Below, one piece after another: positions 1 through 11,283 of a DNA stretch of 64,000 nucleotides (position 1 is its first letter; each line of letters begins with the position of its first letter). Source of the stretch: an uncultured delta proteobacterium (GTDB lineage: Bacteria; Desulfobacterota; Syntrophia; Syntrophales; Smithellaceae); assembly GCA_963753975.1 (NCBI GenBank), contig CAVWEH010000002.1, positions 288,001-352,000 of the forward strand, read 5' to 3'. The notes below the pieces were generated by a model. That model was not told where the DNA came from. It worked only from the letters and a program-made list of their open reading frames with translations, and searched no databases. Position numbers and translations under genes: made by a program.

Positions 1-341
1 TTTCTTCTTGGCCAACAACAGAATTTAAACGATCCAATTCGATGGACAAATCTTGCAGAACTTGTTCGTCTTTTTCTTGCAGAGCGATTGCCCAAAGATG
101 TTCTATATCTCTTATTTCGTCATTGAATTTTTTCCACTTGTCGAGCGATTCGGTCATTCTCGTCTTTTTTTGTAGTATTTCTCGGGCATTATTTTGATTA
201 TCCCAGAATTCTTTCTTTAAAGATGATATTTCCAAATCTTTTATTTTTAGTTCCATCTCCGGTACGTCAAAGACACTCCCCGATATATTTGATTCTTCTT
301 TTCAAATCATTTACTGTTTCTTGTATGTTTTCGATGGTCAT
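1..341 (-). CDS. prfB: Peptide chain release factor 2, 5' part (runs off the window), with programmed +1 frameshift
   Basis: Manual translation: ATG at 341 gives MTIENIQETVNDLKRRIKYIGECL, then CTT-TGA-C (272..266) preceded by an SD-like GGGGAG. The +1 frame continues DVPEMELKIKDLEISSLKKEFWDNQNNAREILQKK, typical of the RF2 N-terminus. Lies downstream of lnt. Confidence 0.93.
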
Positions 342-365
342 TTTTTAACCTCCCTTTCCAACTTA

Positions 366-1913
366 CTAGAATAAAAAGTAAACCATAATTGACACGAAAC
401 AAATAACTACCAATATATCGCCGTATTGGGCATAAAATGTCGGTATCTTTAGAAATTTTATATTCCCTTTCAAAGCTTCTCTTTGAAATATTTTTGTTTG
501 CGCAATTATTTTCCCTCGTGGATCGAAAATTCCGGAAACGCCTGTATTGGCGGCGCGAACCAAATATAGCCGGGTTTCCACAGCGCGAAACAACGCCATG
601 GAAAAGTGCTGAAAAGGTGCTGAAGTTGCGCCAAACCAGGCATCATTGGTAATGTTCACCAATAATTCGGCTGATCCTTTTTTATATGTTCTGGCGGCTT
701 CCGGCAAAACTCCTTCGTAACAAATCAGGATCCCAATTTTTTTACCATCTAAGAGCACGGGGTAAAAGCCAGCTCCGGCCGTAAAATCACCAATTCCGGC
801 AGTAAGCCCTTCAACGAAGGGCACAATATTTCTTAGAGGGACATATTCACCATAGGGAACCAAATGAACTTTATCATATCTCCCTTTATTTTCTCCAGCG
901 GGAGACAATATGTAGGCGCTGTTGAAAAAATTTCCGTACCCTCTTATCGGCAAATAACTTACTGCACCGAATATAAACCAGCTTTTCGTCCGGACTGCTA
1001 AATCTTTTACTTGTTTTTGCAAATCATTTGCATCGAGAAAATTAAACGGGAGAGCTGTTTCCGGCCAGACCAACAATCCTCCTTCTGCCGGAGGATTCTG
1101 CAAAGAAAGATTTTCGTATATATTTAAGGCTTCTTTTTGAAAATTTTTGTTCCATTTTATTGATTGATCTATATTGGCCTGGATCAACGCAACTTCCATG
1201 CCCTTAGCGTTATCCATAGCTTTTTCCACCTGATTTACTCGAACGGCGCCGTAAATAAAAACGCTGCCTAAAATTAAAAAGGTCACCGCAGCCGCTATAA
1301 TCGCCTTTTTTGATCTTTTCGCCATCAGATCGAACAAAGATGCATTAACCATAACGATCAAAAAAGACAAACCAAAGACGCCGAAAACATCGGCAAATTG
1401 AATAAAATAGAAATTCAAATACTGGGAATAGCCGAGATTCTCCCAGGGGAACCCCGTTAAAAGATAAGACTTACAATATTCCAGAAAAATCCATAGGGCC
1501 GGCGCCAATAAGAAAAGGATCTTTCCCCGAAAAAAAACGATACCCGCGGCAAATAGCGCAGTGTAAATGCTTAAATAGCAGGCTAAGAGCAACATCAAAA
1601 TAACGCCCAAATATATAGGCAAATAACCATAATTTACAACTACATACGTAATCCAATAGATTATTCCTATATAGCCCACAAGCCCGGCGAGAAAACCCAA
1701 AACTAACCCTTGCCGGAGTGAAGTTACTTTCCGCAATGCAAAAAAAAGAGGAATAAAAGCTATCCAGGCAATCAGGCCACAGCCGTATTTTGGAAATGAC
1801 AAAAATATAAGTACACCGCTCAGTACGGCTAAAATAATTTTATTTTCCAATAATTTTTTATAAAAACTGAAATTGAATTTTTTCACGGATATGCTTTTGT
1901 TATCCATTTTCAC
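366..1913 (-). CDS. lnt: Apolipoprotein N-acyltransferase
   Basis: N-terminal TM helices, GFPW motif, nitrilase triad motifs VWPETA, YDKVHLVPYGEY, ICYE, and NDAWFG. Confidence 0.95.
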   Translation of the reverse strand: MKMDNKSISVKKFNFSFYKKLLENKIILAVLSGVLIFLSFPKYGCGLIAWIAFIPLFFALRKVTSLRQGLVLGFLAGLVGYIGIIYWITYVVVNYGYLPIYLGVILMLLLACYLSIYTALFAAGIVFFRGKILFLLAPALWIFLEYCKSYLLTGFPWENLGYSQYLNFYFIQFADVFGVFGLSFLIVMVNASLFDLMAKRSKKAIIAAAVTFLILGSVFIYGAVRVNQVEKAMDNAKGMEVALIQANIDQSIKWNKNFQKEALNIYENLSLQNPPAEGGLLVWPETALPFNFLDANDLQKQVKDLAVRTKSWFIFGAVSYLPIRGYGNFFNSAYILSPAGENKGRYDKVHLVPYGEYVPLRNIVPFVEGLTAGIGDFTAGAGFYPVLLDGKKIGILICYEGVLPEAARTYKKGSAELLVNITNDAWFGATSAPFQHFSMALFRAVETRLYLVRAANTGVSGIFDPRGKIIAQTKIFQREALKGNIKFLKIPTFYAQYGDILVVICFVSIMVYFLF

Positions 1914-2724
1914 TATCGGTTTGGAGTTTTCTGATTTTTACTTTTTTGATGCTGCGTTCGTCGGCATTTTCGATTGTAATTTCCAGTCCCTTTATTTGAT
2001 ATGTTTCGCCGACCAGCGGAATTCTTCTGGTCGCGTTTAGGATCATGCCGCCGAGAGTCTCATATCGTCCCTTTTCCAGACTAATATTCAAATATTCTTC
2101 AATTTTTTCAATTTCCGTTCGTCCATCGGCCATAAGGGAACCATCCGCTGATTGAAAAATTCCAGCAGTGTCGGTATTTACTTCATGTTCGTCACGAATT
2201 TCGCCGACAATTTCTTCCAGTAGGTCTTCCAGCGTGACCAGGCCTGATGTTCCTCCGTATTCATCAATAACAATCGCTATATGTTTTTTATTTTCTTTGA
2301 ATTCATAAAACAACAGGTGGGTGTTTTTTGTTTCCGGAATATAATATGGTTTGGTTAGTTGGGTTAATATATCTTCTTTCGTAATTTCTTTTGACCAGAA
2401 TTTAAGCAAATCTTTGACATTCAGGATGCCGATAATGTTATCGATTGTTCCGCGATAAACGGGTAGGCGCGTATGCCGCGATTCGATTGCTTCTTTTATA
2501 ATTTCCTCAGTCGTCGCCTCTGTGCTCACAGCGATGATCTCCGTTCTCGGAATCATTAGCTCGCGAACTAAAATATGCGCAAACTCTAAAATATTTTCGA
2601 TTATCTCCCGGGATGAAGAATCTACCAAACCATATCTTTGCGCTTTGGACAATACTGCGTCAATTTCTTTTTTGACATATTTTAAGTTGCGCCAGAAAAA
2701 AAGTTTAGAGAATATTCGCGTCAT
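1900..2724 (-). CDS. CBS-pair/CorC-HlyC domain protein (Mg2+/Co2+ efflux CorC-like)
   Basis: [39 protein letters not shown]-terminal YETLGG; adjacent to lnt. Confidence 0.9.
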   Translation of the reverse strand: MTRIFSKLFFWRNLKYVKKEIDAVLSKAQRYGLVDSSSREIIENILEFAHILVRELMIPRTEIIAVSTEATTEEIIKEAIESRHTRLPVYRGTIDNIIGILNVKDLLKFWSKEITKEDILTQLTKPYYIPETKNTHLLFYEFKENKKHIAIVIDEYGGTSGLVTLEDLLEEIVGEIRDEHEVNTDTAGIFQSADGSLMADGRTEIEKIEEYLNISLEKGRYETLGGMILNATRRIPLVGETYQIKGLEITIENADERSIKKVKIRKLQTDSENG

Positions 2725-2747
2725 ATTTAAAAATATTTCTCCTTAAA

Positions 2748-3620
2748 TTATAAACCGCGCAAGTATTCCGGCCTTATTCTGTTGACGTTTTTTTCTTCCA
2801 GGACCGAACCGATTATTTTCAAAATTTTCTCTTTGTCCCGAGGCAAATCAGCCTTTATCGGCAAATAGTTGGAAGCATGATTGGAAGTGAAATAGCAATT
2901 TGTAAAATTGGAATTGGAAATGATCAAATAAAGTTCGCGAATATAACCAAATTTATCCGGTAAAATAAAGCGGCCGGAGATGTAATCCTCGTATAATGGA
3001 GTATGCGGAACGAGCATCAAAGTAAGCGCGCCCACATAATCCGGATCGATATCGCTCAAAATTCGGGCAGTGCCCATCGCATGTTCTACGCTTTTTTCTA
3101 TCCCGCCTATCCCTAATAGTACCGTTACAGAGAGTGCCATGCCCGCTTCTTTTACACGGTGCGCTGCCGTGACCATTTGTTCGTAAGTTACACCCTTATG
3201 TATTTTTTGCAGTAATTCAATATCCCCCGTTTCCACACCCAAATAGATTATTTTCAGACCCAGCTCTTTTAGTTTTTTAAGTTCATGAACGGATTTTCTT
3301 AAAATGCTTTTGGCATTGGCATACGTTCCGATGCGTTCAATATTCCGCAAATTGTCCTTAATTAGTTTTAGTATCTCTTCCAGACGCGCCTGCGGTATAA
3401 TCAGGGCATCCCCATCACACAAAAAAACTTTATCCACATTGTCGAAATTGCGGGCTTCCTGTAAATCCTTTTTGATTTGCTCCAGGGGTTTTATCTTGAA
3501 TTTCTTTTGACGGTAAGTCCCGCAAAATGTGCATTTATTGTGTGAACAGCCTACAGTCACCTGCACAAGCAGGCTGTAAGCTTCACTGGGTGGTCTTATT
3601 ATTAATCCTTCGTAATCCAC
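2748..3620 (-). CDS. Radical SAM protein, uncharacterised family
   Basis: CxxxCxxC (CSHNKCTFC), RPPSEA N-terminal motif, SNHASNYL C-terminal motif. Confidence 0.88.
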   Translation of the reverse strand: MDYEGLIIRPPSEAYSLLVQVTVGCSHNKCTFCGTYRQKKFKIKPLEQIKKDLQEARNFDNVDKVFLCDGDALIIPQARLEEILKLIKDNLRNIERIGTYANAKSILRKSVHELKKLKELGLKIIYLGVETGDIELLQKIHKGVTYEQMVTAAHRVKEAGMALSVTVLLGIGGIEKSVEHAMGTARILSDIDPDYVGALTLMLVPHTPLYEDYISGRFILPDKFGYIRELYLIISNSNFTNCYFTSNHASNYLPIKADLPRDKEKILKIIGSVLEEKNVNRIRPEYLRGL

Positions 3621-3655
3621 GATTGATTCTTGTCTCCGTGTCTATCCTCTTTTTA

Positions 3656-3774
3656 TGGAAGTTGATCCCGCGACTTGGAATACCCCGGCTCCGGCCGGGG
3701 GAGGAAAGCACCGTAACGCGCGGGAGGTCGCGTTGTTCTCAGGGAGCTTCCAACTCCTACGGACGGGGCTCCAC
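3656..3774. ncRNA. Unrecognised structured element / putative ncRNA, copy 1
   Basis: Co-linear with 55634..55764. Stems CGCGACTT/AGGTCGCG, CCCCGGC/GCCGGGG and GGAG/CTCC; GC-rich block in AT-rich intergenic DNA. Confidence 0.55.
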
Positions 3775-3787
3775 TAAATTGTTTGAA

Positions 3788-3816
3788 AGTTTATATGAAC
3801 AATATCTAAAAAGCAA
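3788..3816 (-). promoter_or_regulatory. Putative sigma70 promoter upstream of the structured element and radical SAM operon
   Basis: TTGCTT-N17-TAAACT on the minus strand. Confidence 0.4.
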
Positions 3817-3827
3817 GTTATTGGGCA

Positions 3828-3933
3828 AATCACGGGTATGAATCCTGGCTAGAGCGTATCATACCCTCCGCTTTCAGCGGGATTGTTCGACTCACAAATT
3901 TCAATTCACTTCGTTTTTGAAATTTTAGTCTCA
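3828..3933. repeat. Structured repeat family A, short copy
   Basis: Starts AATCACGGGTATGAA as at 55370 and 62730; shares TACCCTCCGCT..GCGGGATTGTTC and the TTCAATTC..TTTTGAA..AGTCTCA hairpin with the 62730 copy. Confidence 0.75.
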
Positions 3934-3934
3934 C

Positions 3935-3968
3935 AAAAAAAGGGAGTCGCCATAACAGCTGACTCCCT
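3935..3968 (-). terminator. Rho-independent terminator after tRNA-Asp
   Basis: AGGGAGTC/GACTCCCT stem followed by a T run on the minus strand. Confidence 0.8.
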
Positions 3969-3976
3969 CGATTTTC

Positions 3977-4053
3977 TGGCGGGGCCGATGGGACTTGAAC
4001 CCACGCCCTCCGGCGTGACAGGCCGGCGTTATAACCAACTTAACTACGACCCC
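3977..4053 (-). tRNA. tRNA-Asp(GTC)
   Basis: GGGGTCGTAGTTAAGTTGGTTATAACGCCGGCCT-GTC-ACGCCGG...GGTTCAAGTCCC...CCA; cloverleaf. Confidence 0.96.
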
Positions 4054-4101
4054 TAAAAATCATGATAATTTGAAGTGCAACTCTCTTTGAATCAGCATTA
4101 A

Positions 4102-4177
4102 TGGTAGGCGGAACAGGACTCGAACCTGTGACATCCACGGTGTAAGCGTGGCGCTCTCCCAGCTGAGCTACCCGCCC
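4102..4177 (-). tRNA. tRNA-Val(TAC)
   Basis: GGGCGGGTAGCTCAGCTGGGAGAGCGCCACGCT-TAC-ACCGTGG...GGTTCGAGTCC...CCA. Confidence 0.96.
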
Positions 4178-4202
4178 GCAATTCCTCAAAAACGCTGTGA
4201 GG

Positions 4203-4231
4203 CTTCTAGCAACATTGACTTTTCTTGTCAA
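4203..4231 (-). promoter_or_regulatory. Sigma70 promoter of the tRNA-Val/Asp operon
   Basis: TTGACA-N17-TAGAAG about 25 nt upstream of tRNA-Val. Confidence 0.6.
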
Positions 4232-4252
4232 GTTTTAAAGTATAGAAAACTT

Positions 4253-6658
4253 TTAATTCACAGATTGGACACTGACCGGCACTTCCGGCGTGATCATTTC
4301 ACCAAAATTTTCTTCATCTTTGACAAAAGCAATATCTAAGACTTCATCTATATGCTCGACAAAAACTATCTCCAGAGCACTTTGCACATTTTGCGGAACT
4401 TCTATTAAATCTTTTTCATTGTCTTTCGGAATAATGACCATTTTTATGTTACCCCGATGAGCAGCCAGGATCTTTTCCTTTAACCCGCCGATAGGTAAAA
4501 CCCGGCCCCTCAAGGTAATTTCACCGGTCATGGCTAAATCGGCACGCACTTTTTTCTTCATCAGTGCTGAGGCAATAGATGTAGCCATCGCGATGCCCGC
4601 CGATGGGCCGTCTTTAGGAATAGCTCCTTCCGGGACATGAACATGAATATCAATTTTCTCATAAAAATTTTTGGGCAGGCCGAATCTTTCCGCACGAGCC
4701 CGAATATAAGTCAATGCGGCCTGAACAGATTCCTGCATTACATCGCCTAATTTTCCAGTCATTACCATCTTGCCGGTTCCTTCCATGATGGAAGCTTCGA
4801 TAGCCAATAGTTCCCCGCCAACTTCTGTCCAGGCTAAACCGATTGTCAGACCTATTTCATCTTTACCTTCTGTTTCCCCATGGCGGAACTTGGGTACACT
4901 TAGATATTTCACGATAGATTTGGAAGTAATAACTAATTTTTTCTTATTACCGTTGCTGACTATTTCTTTAGCTACTTTACGACAGATGGAAGCTATTTCA
5001 CGCTCCAGGTTGCGCACACCGGCTTCCCGCGTGTATTGACGGATAATTCTGAGCAATGCTCCTTTGGTGAATTCGATATTCTCGGCTAACAAACCGTTGG
5101 CTTCCAGTTGTTTCGCGATCAAGAACTTTTTCGCGATCTGCAATTTTTCCGGTTCCGTGTATCCCGCTATTCTAATTACTTCCATTCTATCCTGCAGAGG
5201 AGCCGGAATTGTCTGTAAAATATTGGCTGTGGTAATGAACATAATGTCGGACAAATCATAATCCACATCCAGATAGTTATCATTAAAAGCGAAGTTTTGC
5301 TCCGGATCGAGAACTTCCAAAAGTGCCGAAGAGGGATCTCCTCTGAAATCGGAACTGAGTTTATCCACTTCGTCCAGACAGAAAACAGGATTGTTGGAGC
5401 CGGCCTTCTTCAGGGACTGGATAATTTTTCCCGGCATAGCTCCTATATAAGTGCGCCGATGGCCGCGAATCTCCGCTTCGTCGCGAACGCCTCCCAGAGA
5501 AATACGTACGAACTTCCTGTTTGTGGCTCGCGCCACTGATTTGGCAATCGATGTTTTACCCACCCCGGGAGGACCGACCAGACATAAAATCGGTCCTTTA
5601 TTTTTCTTTACCAACGATTGAACGGCAAGGTATTCGATAATGCGCTCCTTGACCTTTTTTAATCCGTAGTGATCCTCTTCCAGGATAATTTCCGATTCTT
5701 TCAAGGTATATTTATTTTCCGTTTTATCCGCCCAGGGCATATCGAGGAGCCAGTCAATATAATTTCTGACAACCGTAGCCTCGGCGGACATAGGCGCCAT
5801 CATTTGTAATTTTTTAATTTCCTGACGGGCTTTTTTCGCTGCCTCTTCGGACAGCTTCTTTTGCTTTAAACGCTTTTCCAATTCGACTATTTCATTACGA
5901 AAATCGTCTTTTTCTCCCATTTCCTTCTGAATAGCCCGCATTTGTTCATTGAGATAATAATCCTTCTGCGTTTTCTCCATCTGCTTTTTAACGCGTCGTT
6001 TTATCTTTTCCTCAACCTGCAGGATTTCTATTTCCGAGAGCATCAGTGAATAAATTGCTTCCAGCCGCTCGCCGATATTGAATATCTCTATAATTTTTTG
6101 TTTATCTTCCAGCTTCACATTAATATGGGTAATTACAACATCCGCAAGCTTCGAGGCATCTTCAATAGCGGCAATTGTTCCCATCATTTCCACGTGAATT
6201 TTTTTGCTGAGTTTCAGATAAAGCTCAAAAGATTCTTTGATGCTGCGTATCAGCGCTTGCTTTTTGACGTCATTTTGATCATCAATATCTTCGATCTCAT
6301 TTACTTTGACCAGAAAAAAATCATTATTGGGCAAATATTCTTTTATGACACCGCGAGTTTTTCCTTCCACCAGCACTTTGACCGTTCCGTCCGGCAGGCG
6401 CAAAAGTTGAATGATAATGCCGATTGTACCGATATTGTAAATATCTTCCTGATTCGGATCGTCTTTCTTGGCATTTTTCTGAGCAACCATAAAAATGCCT
6501 TTCTCATACTTCATTGCCGACTCCAGCGCAGCAATCGATTTTTCGCGGCCAACAAACAAAGGAACGATCATATGGGGAAAGACCACAACGTCTCTCAGAG
6601 GCAAAAGCGGCATCACAATTGTTTTTTCTTGGTCATCTAATTTTTTTTCTTCAAACAT
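4253..6658 (-). CDS. lon: ATP-dependent Lon protease
   Basis: LPLRD N-domain, Walker [17 protein letters not shown] catalytic Ser motif. Confidence 0.98.
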   Translation of the reverse strand: MFEEKKLDDQEKTIVMPLLPLRDVVVFPHMIVPLFVGREKSIAALESAMKYEKGIFMVAQKNAKKDDPNQEDIYNIGTIGIIIQLLRLPDGTVKVLVEGKTRGVIKEYLPNNDFFLVKVNEIEDIDDQNDVKKQALIRSIKESFELYLKLSKKIHVEMMGTIAAIEDASKLADVVITHINVKLEDKQKIIEIFNIGERLEAIYSLMLSEIEILQVEEKIKRRVKKQMEKTQKDYYLNEQMRAIQKEMGEKDDFRNEIVELEKRLKQKKLSEEAAKKARQEIKKLQMMAPMSAEATVVRNYIDWLLDMPWADKTENKYTLKESEIILEEDHYGLKKVKERIIEYLAVQSLVKKNKGPILCLVGPPGVGKTSIAKSVARATNRKFVRISLGGVRDEAEIRGHRRTYIGAMPGKIIQSLKKAGSNNPVFCLDEVDKLSSDFRGDPSSALLEVLDPEQNFAFNDNYLDVDYDLSDIMFITTANILQTIPAPLQDRMEVIRIAGYTEPEKLQIAKKFLIAKQLEANGLLAENIEFTKGALLRIIRQYTREAGVRNLEREIASICRKVAKEIVSNGNKKKLVITSKSIVKYLSVPKFRHGETEGKDEIGLTIGLAWTEVGGELLAIEASIMEGTGKMVMTGKLGDVMQESVQAALTYIRARAERFGLPKNFYEKIDIHVHVPEGAIPKDGPSAGIAMATSIASALMKKKVRADLAMTGEITLRGRVLPIGGLKEKILAAHRGNIKMVIIPKDNEKDLIEVPQNVQSALEIVFVEHIDEVLDIAFVKDEENFGEMITPEVPVSVQSVN

Positions 6659-6676
6659 AATTTTCCCGTATATTTC

Positions 6677-7939
6677 TTAAGCAGATTCGGATTTTCCTTC
6701 GTAAATTAAAATCGGTTTTTCTTTCTTTAAAACCACGTCTTCACTGATTACGCATTCCTTGATATCGTTCTGAGAAGGTATATCATACATGACTTCCAAC
6801 ATTGTATTTTCCAGAATGGAGCGCAGGCCGCGCGCACCTGATTTTCTCTCCATTGATAACTTGGCTACAGCGCGCAGAGCACCGTCCGTAAATTTCAAAG
6901 TCACATTTTCCAAGCCGAATAATTTTTTATACTGTTTGATAATAGCATCCTTGGGTTCAAGTAAAATTCGAATCAAAGTCGATTCATCCAAATCATCCAA
7001 TGTGGCAATAACCGGTAGACGGCCTATGAATTCGGGTATTAATCCAAACTTCAATAAATCTTCTGCCCGCGTTTCAGCCAGCAATTCACCGGATCTTTTT
7101 TCTTTTTTACTTTTAATTTCGGCGCCAAAGCCCATCGCGTTTACTCCCAATCGCTTGGAAATGATGTTTTCTAAATCATTAAACGCTCCGCCGCATATAA
7201 ATAAAATATTTGTTGTATCCACCTGAATGAATTCCTGTTGGGGATGCTTGCGGCCGCCTTTGGGTGGGATATTGGCCATTGTTCCTTCCATAATTTTTAA
7301 TAGGGCCTGCTGGACCCCTTCGCCGGAAACGTCTCTAGTTATGGAAGGATTTCCGGATTTCTTCGCAATTTTGTCTATTTCATCGATATAAACAATTCCT
7401 TTAGATGCCCGGGCCACATCATAATCGGCATTTTGCAACAAACTTAAAATAATGTTTTCTACGTCTTCTCCGACGTAGCCGGCCTCAGTTAAAGTTGTAG
7501 CATCGGCGATAGTGAAAGGAACATTGAGGAATTTTGCCAGTGTTTTCGCCAGGAGTGTTTTTCCCGAACCTGTAGGCCCGATGAGAAGGACATTGCTTTT
7601 TTGAATCTCTATGCCGTCGGAATCAACGGTGGAAAACAATCTTTTATAATGATTATAAACGGCAACCGAAAGTATCTTCTTGGTCTTATCCTGACCAATT
7701 ACGTATTGATCCAGATATTTTTTGATTTCTTTTGGTTGCAGCAAACCATTTTTGGAATCTTTCTCTACTGTCTTATCTTCTTCTTCTTCAATAATATAAC
7801 GGCAAAGCTCAATGCACTCGTCGCAGATATATGCTGTAGGACCGGCAACCAGTTTTCGCACTTCGCTCTGCATTTTTCCGCAAAAAGAACAAAAAAGCAT
7901 GCCCTGTCCTATTCGATTATCTTTACTTTTCTTTATCAC
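6677..7939 (-). CDS. clpX: ATP-dependent Clp protease ATP-binding subunit
   Basis: CSFCGK zinc finger, [21 protein letters not shown] motif. Confidence 0.98.
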   Translation of the reverse strand: MIKKSKDNRIGQGMLFCSFCGKMQSEVRKLVAGPTAYICDECIELCRYIIEEEEDKTVEKDSKNGLLQPKEIKKYLDQYVIGQDKTKKILSVAVYNHYKRLFSTVDSDGIEIQKSNVLLIGPTGSGKTLLAKTLAKFLNVPFTIADATTLTEAGYVGEDVENIILSLLQNADYDVARASKGIVYIDEIDKIAKKSGNPSITRDVSGEGVQQALLKIMEGTMANIPPKGGRKHPQQEFIQVDTTNILFICGGAFNDLENIISKRLGVNAMGFGAEIKSKKEKRSGELLAETRAEDLLKFGLIPEFIGRLPVIATLDDLDESTLIRILLEPKDAIIKQYKKLFGLENVTLKFTDGALRAVAKLSMERKSGARGLRSILENTMLEVMYDIPSQNDIKECVISEDVVLKKEKPILIYEGKSESA

Positions 7940-8554
7940 TTAATTCTCCTTTTTTATGTTTGCAGCGGACGCCGGCTTGCGAATTATAATTTCATCAATC
8001 AAACCGTATTCTTTAGCTTGTTGACTATCCATGAAATAGTCACGCTCCGTATCATTAATTATCTTCGCCAGAGGCTTCCCTGTCAAATCAGCTAAAATTC
8101 GATTTAACTCGTCTTTTAATCTTAATATTTCTTTTGCCTGTATATCAATATCTGTTGCCTGCCCCTGAAAGCCTCCCAACGGTTGATGGATTAAAATACG
8201 CGAATGGGGCAGCGCAAATCGTTTCCCTTTTTTCCCGGCCGCCAAGAGCAGAGCTGCCATGCTTGCTGCTTGTCCCATGCAAACCGTCGAAATTGGGGAT
8301 TTAATATATTGCATCGTATCATAAATAGCCATACCCGAACTTACATTACCTCCGGGGGAATTTAAGTAAAAAAAGATTTCTTTATCCGGGTCTTCCGATT
8401 CTAAATAAAGCATCTGAGCGACAACCAAATTTGCTATATTATCATCAATAGTTGTACCCAGAAAAATTATACGATCTTTTAAAAGACGTGAAAAGATGTC
8501 AAAAGCGCGTTCACCCCGGCCATCTTGTTCAACCACCATGGGAATTAAATTCAC
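7940..8554 (-). CDS. clpP: Clp protease proteolytic subunit
   Basis: [25 protein letters not shown]. Confidence 0.98.
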   Translation of the reverse strand: MNLIPMVVEQDGRGERAFDIFSRLLKDRIIFLGTTIDDNIANLVVAQMLYLESEDPDKEIFFYLNSPGGNVSSGMAIYDTMQYIKSPISTVCMGQAASMAALLLAAGKKGKRFALPHSRILIHQPLGGFQGQATDIDIQAKEILRLKDELNRILADLTGKPLAKIINDTERDYFMDSQQAKEYGLIDEIIIRKPASAANIKKEN

Positions 8555-9876
8555 TATTTAACCTCCGCGTCCAGACCTTTTTTTTCAACAGTCCTAATAT
8601 TGGCACTTTGTTCAATAAAGTCAAATACCTTTTTTTGCATTAGTTCGATCTTGAGATTATCCCTATTTTCTTTATTTTCGTATTTTTTTCTCAATGATTC
8701 ATAATCCCTTCCGTATTTAACGGCTAATTCCTGAATATGTCTTTCCGCATCGACTTCTTCCACTATAAATGATTCTTTTTGCGCAATCTTCTTTAACAGT
8801 AAAAAAGTTTTAACAATTTTGACGGCTTCATCTTTAAATTTATCGTGCATTTTGAAACTTAGTTCCAGCGCATTCTTTTCATCCATACCGGCAGAAGTCA
8901 TTCTTTTTTGAGTATCGGTCATCGTGTAAAAAATCTGCCGCTCTATTAGCGACGGCGGAGCTTCAAACTCATTCTCTTTGCGGAGAATTTCCGTAATCTT
9001 ATTGTGCAAATTCATTTCCGCGAGGTGCTCAGCTTCTTCTTCCAAAGACTTGCGTACATCGTTTTTTAAATCTTCTAAAGAATCATATTTATCAAAATTT
9101 TTTATAAAATTTTCGTCGAATTCCGGTAACGTCTTCTCTCTTATGTTTTTTACTGTTACATTGAAAGTTGCCTCTTTACCGGCAAATTTCTTTTCGTGAT
9201 AATCTTGAGGAAAAATTACTTTTATCGACTTTTCCACCCCTTTTTTCATGCCTATTAGCTGTTCTTCAAAACCGGGAATAAATCGCTCTGATCCAATTTC
9301 CAGAAAATAATTGTCGGCTTTCAACTCTGAAGGTGACTCCCCATTAAGATTCCCGGCAAAGTCCATTACAACAAAATCTCCCTTGGCTACCGGACGGTCA
9401 TCCTTAACTTCTTCCATTGTCGCAAACATCTGCTTTAATTCGCTTATTCTCTTATCCAAATCATTTTCCGTAATCTGAAATATTTCTTTTTCCAATTCCA
9501 TTCCCTTATATCCCTGGGGATCAAATTCCGGCTCCGTTTCAAAAGAAGCTGAAAAAGAAAAACCGGAGTTTTCTTTTAATCCTTTCTGAGCTATATCCGG
9601 TCTGGAGAGGGCAACTATTTTCTTTTCTTCCAGCGCCTGCCAATAGAATTTATTAACAATATTGTTGATGGTTTCGTCTTCCGCTTGTTCCTTAAAATAC
9701 GTTTCCAATACTTTACGGGGGATTTTTCCCGGGCGAAAACCCTTAATTTTAGCCTTTTTTCCGATGTCTCGATATACAGTATCGAGCTCATTTTTAACTT
9801 CATCCCAGGGAATTTCAAAGGAAAGCTTTTTCTTTACCGAACTTAGTTCTTCAATATTCATTACAACCTGCCTCAC
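8554..9876 (-). CDS. tig: Trigger factor
   Basis: GFRPGK ribosome-binding motif, [13 protein letters not shown]; upstream of clpP. Confidence 0.96.
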   Translation of the reverse strand: MRQVVMNIEELSSVKKKLSFEIPWDEVKNELDTVYRDIGKKAKIKGFRPGKIPRKVLETYFKEQAEDETINNIVNKFYWQALEEKKIVALSRPDIAQKGLKENSGFSFSASFETEPEFDPQGYKGMELEKEIFQITENDLDKRISELKQMFATMEEVKDDRPVAKGDFVVMDFAGNLNGESPSELKADNYFLEIGSERFIPGFEEQLIGMKKGVEKSIKVIFPQDYHEKKFAGKEATFNVTVKNIREKTLPEFDENFIKNFDKYDSLEDLKNDVRKSLEEEAEHLAEMNLHNKITEILRKENEFEAPPSLIERQIFYTMTDTQKRMTSAGMDEKNALELSFKMHDKFKDEAVKIVKTFLLLKKIAQKESFIVEEVDAERHIQELAVKYGRDYESLRKKYENKENRDNLKIELMQKKVFDFIEQSANIRTVEKKGLDAEVK

Positions 9877-9925
9877 TATATTACATCTCCTTAATTTTGA
9901 AATATTTACAAATTTCTTTGAAGAT

Positions 9926-10012
9926 TGGTGCGAGAGAGGGGATTTGAACCCCTATCCGCATAGGCGGGCTGGATCCTAAGTCCAGTGCGTCTTCCAATTC
10001 CGCCACTCTCGC
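9926..10012 (-). tRNA. tRNA-Leu(TAG)
   Basis: GCGAGAGTGGCGGAATTGGAAGACGCACTGGACT-TAG-GATCCAG, long variable arm, CCA end. Confidence 0.95.
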
Positions 10013-10277
10013 TTTGGATTAATCGAGCTATATATTCATTACACCCAAAAATGTCAACGCGGATTATTATGAGCGAATACAAACAAAACCAGTTAAATTA
10101 AGTTGTTCGTGAACTCATGTACTTAATTATCTTTTTTTACGCAAGAAAAATGCCCTGAAAAATCGCCTGCACGTAATTACCGACACTTTGTCGGTTTTTA
10201 TAATTATATTTTTTTGACTTTGATTTAATTTCAGGATATATAAAAAAAATGAATAAAAGGGTTCTCCTCTCAACTCA

Positions 10278-11273
10278 ATGAAAGATAAGGCAATCAACAT
10301 TCTTCTGCTCGAAGATAACCCTGGTGATTCTAGATTAATTCGGGAACTACTCGCTGATACCAATGATCGCTTTAATCTGCAATGTGTTGATCTTTTGTCC
10401 AAAGGCTTGAAATGTCTTGTATCTCAAAATATTGACGCCGTTCTTTTGGATTTAGGATTGCCGGATAACCAAGGTCTCGGCGCCATCGAATATTTACGTG
10501 CTAAAAAATCTTCCATTCCGATAATTGTTTTAACCGGTCTTAATGATGAGAATGTCGCCATTGAAGCTGTGCGCCGGGGAGCTCAAGACTATTTAATTAA
10601 AGGCTCTATCACCGGAAGCATGTTATCCCGTATCATTCGTTACGCCATTGAGAGAAAAAATTATGAAGAAGAATTGAAACGCAGCTTAGAAAAATTCACC
10701 AGGGCTTTAAACGGAACAGTGAAAGCAATGGCGATGACAGTGGAAATAAGGGATCCTTACACTGCTGGTCACCAGAGACGCGGCGCGGACTTGGCTCGGG
10801 CCATAGCGGAGGATATGAATCTTACCCCGGAAAGAGTCGAAGGCATTCAATTGGCCGGCATGATTCATGACATCGGTAAAATTTCCATCCCGGCTGAAAT
10901 TCTCAGTAAACCCTCCTTACTTTCCAACCTGGAGCTTAGCTTGATAAAAATTCATCCGCAGGTGGGATATGATATATTGAAGGAAATTGATTTTCCCTGG
11001 CCCATTGCCAAAACAGTTTTACAACATCACGAAAGAATCAATGGCAGTGGCTATCCCTCCGGTTTAAAAAATGACGATATTATATTGGAAGCTAAAGTTC
11101 TTGCTGTAGCTGATGTAGTGGAAGCAATAGCCTCACATCGTCCCTACCGGCCGGCCTTTGGAACCAAAGAAGCTATAGATGAAATTACCCGGGAACAAGG
11201 TATTCTTTATGATCCTGCTGCTGTGAAAAGTTGCTTGAGATTATTTCAAGACAAGAAATATTCTTTCAGTTGA
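10278..11273 (+). CDS. Response regulator receiver + HD-GYP phosphodiesterase
   Basis: REC (LLEDNPGD, DLGLPD), HDIGK, HHERINGSGYP. Confidence 0.92.
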   Translation: MKDKAINILLLEDNPGDSRLIRELLADTNDRFNLQCVDLLSKGLKCLVSQNIDAVLLDLGLPDNQGLGAIEYLRAKKSSIPIIVLTGLNDENVAIEAVRRGAQDYLIKGSITGSMLSRIIRYAIERKNYEEELKRSLEKFTRALNGTVKAMAMTVEIRDPYTAGHQRRGADLARAIAEDMNLTPERVEGIQLAGMIHDIGKISIPAEILSKPSLLSNLELSLIKIHPQVGYDILKEIDFPWPIAKTVLQHHERINGSGYPSGLKNDDIILEAKVLAVADVVEAIASHRPYRPAFGTKEAIDEITREQGILYDPAAVKSCLRLFQDKKYSFS

Positions 11274-11283
11274 CTTTTATCTT

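Noticed and set aside
3656..3774. Assigning the element to the ZTP, ykkC, c-di-GMP or c-di-AMP riboswitch, SRP, 6S or HDV-like ribozyme
   Set aside because: Only superficial matches; the diagnostic motifs (GACUGGCG/CGCCUGGG, GGCAAAC..GACGCAAAGC, CAGGUCCGGAAGGAAGCAGC, HDV P1/P1.1/P3) could not be completed on either strand
3527..3841. 104-aa plus-strand ORF
   Set aside because: Overlaps the radical SAM start and the structured element; the frame is not conserved in copy 2 and no motif is recognisable
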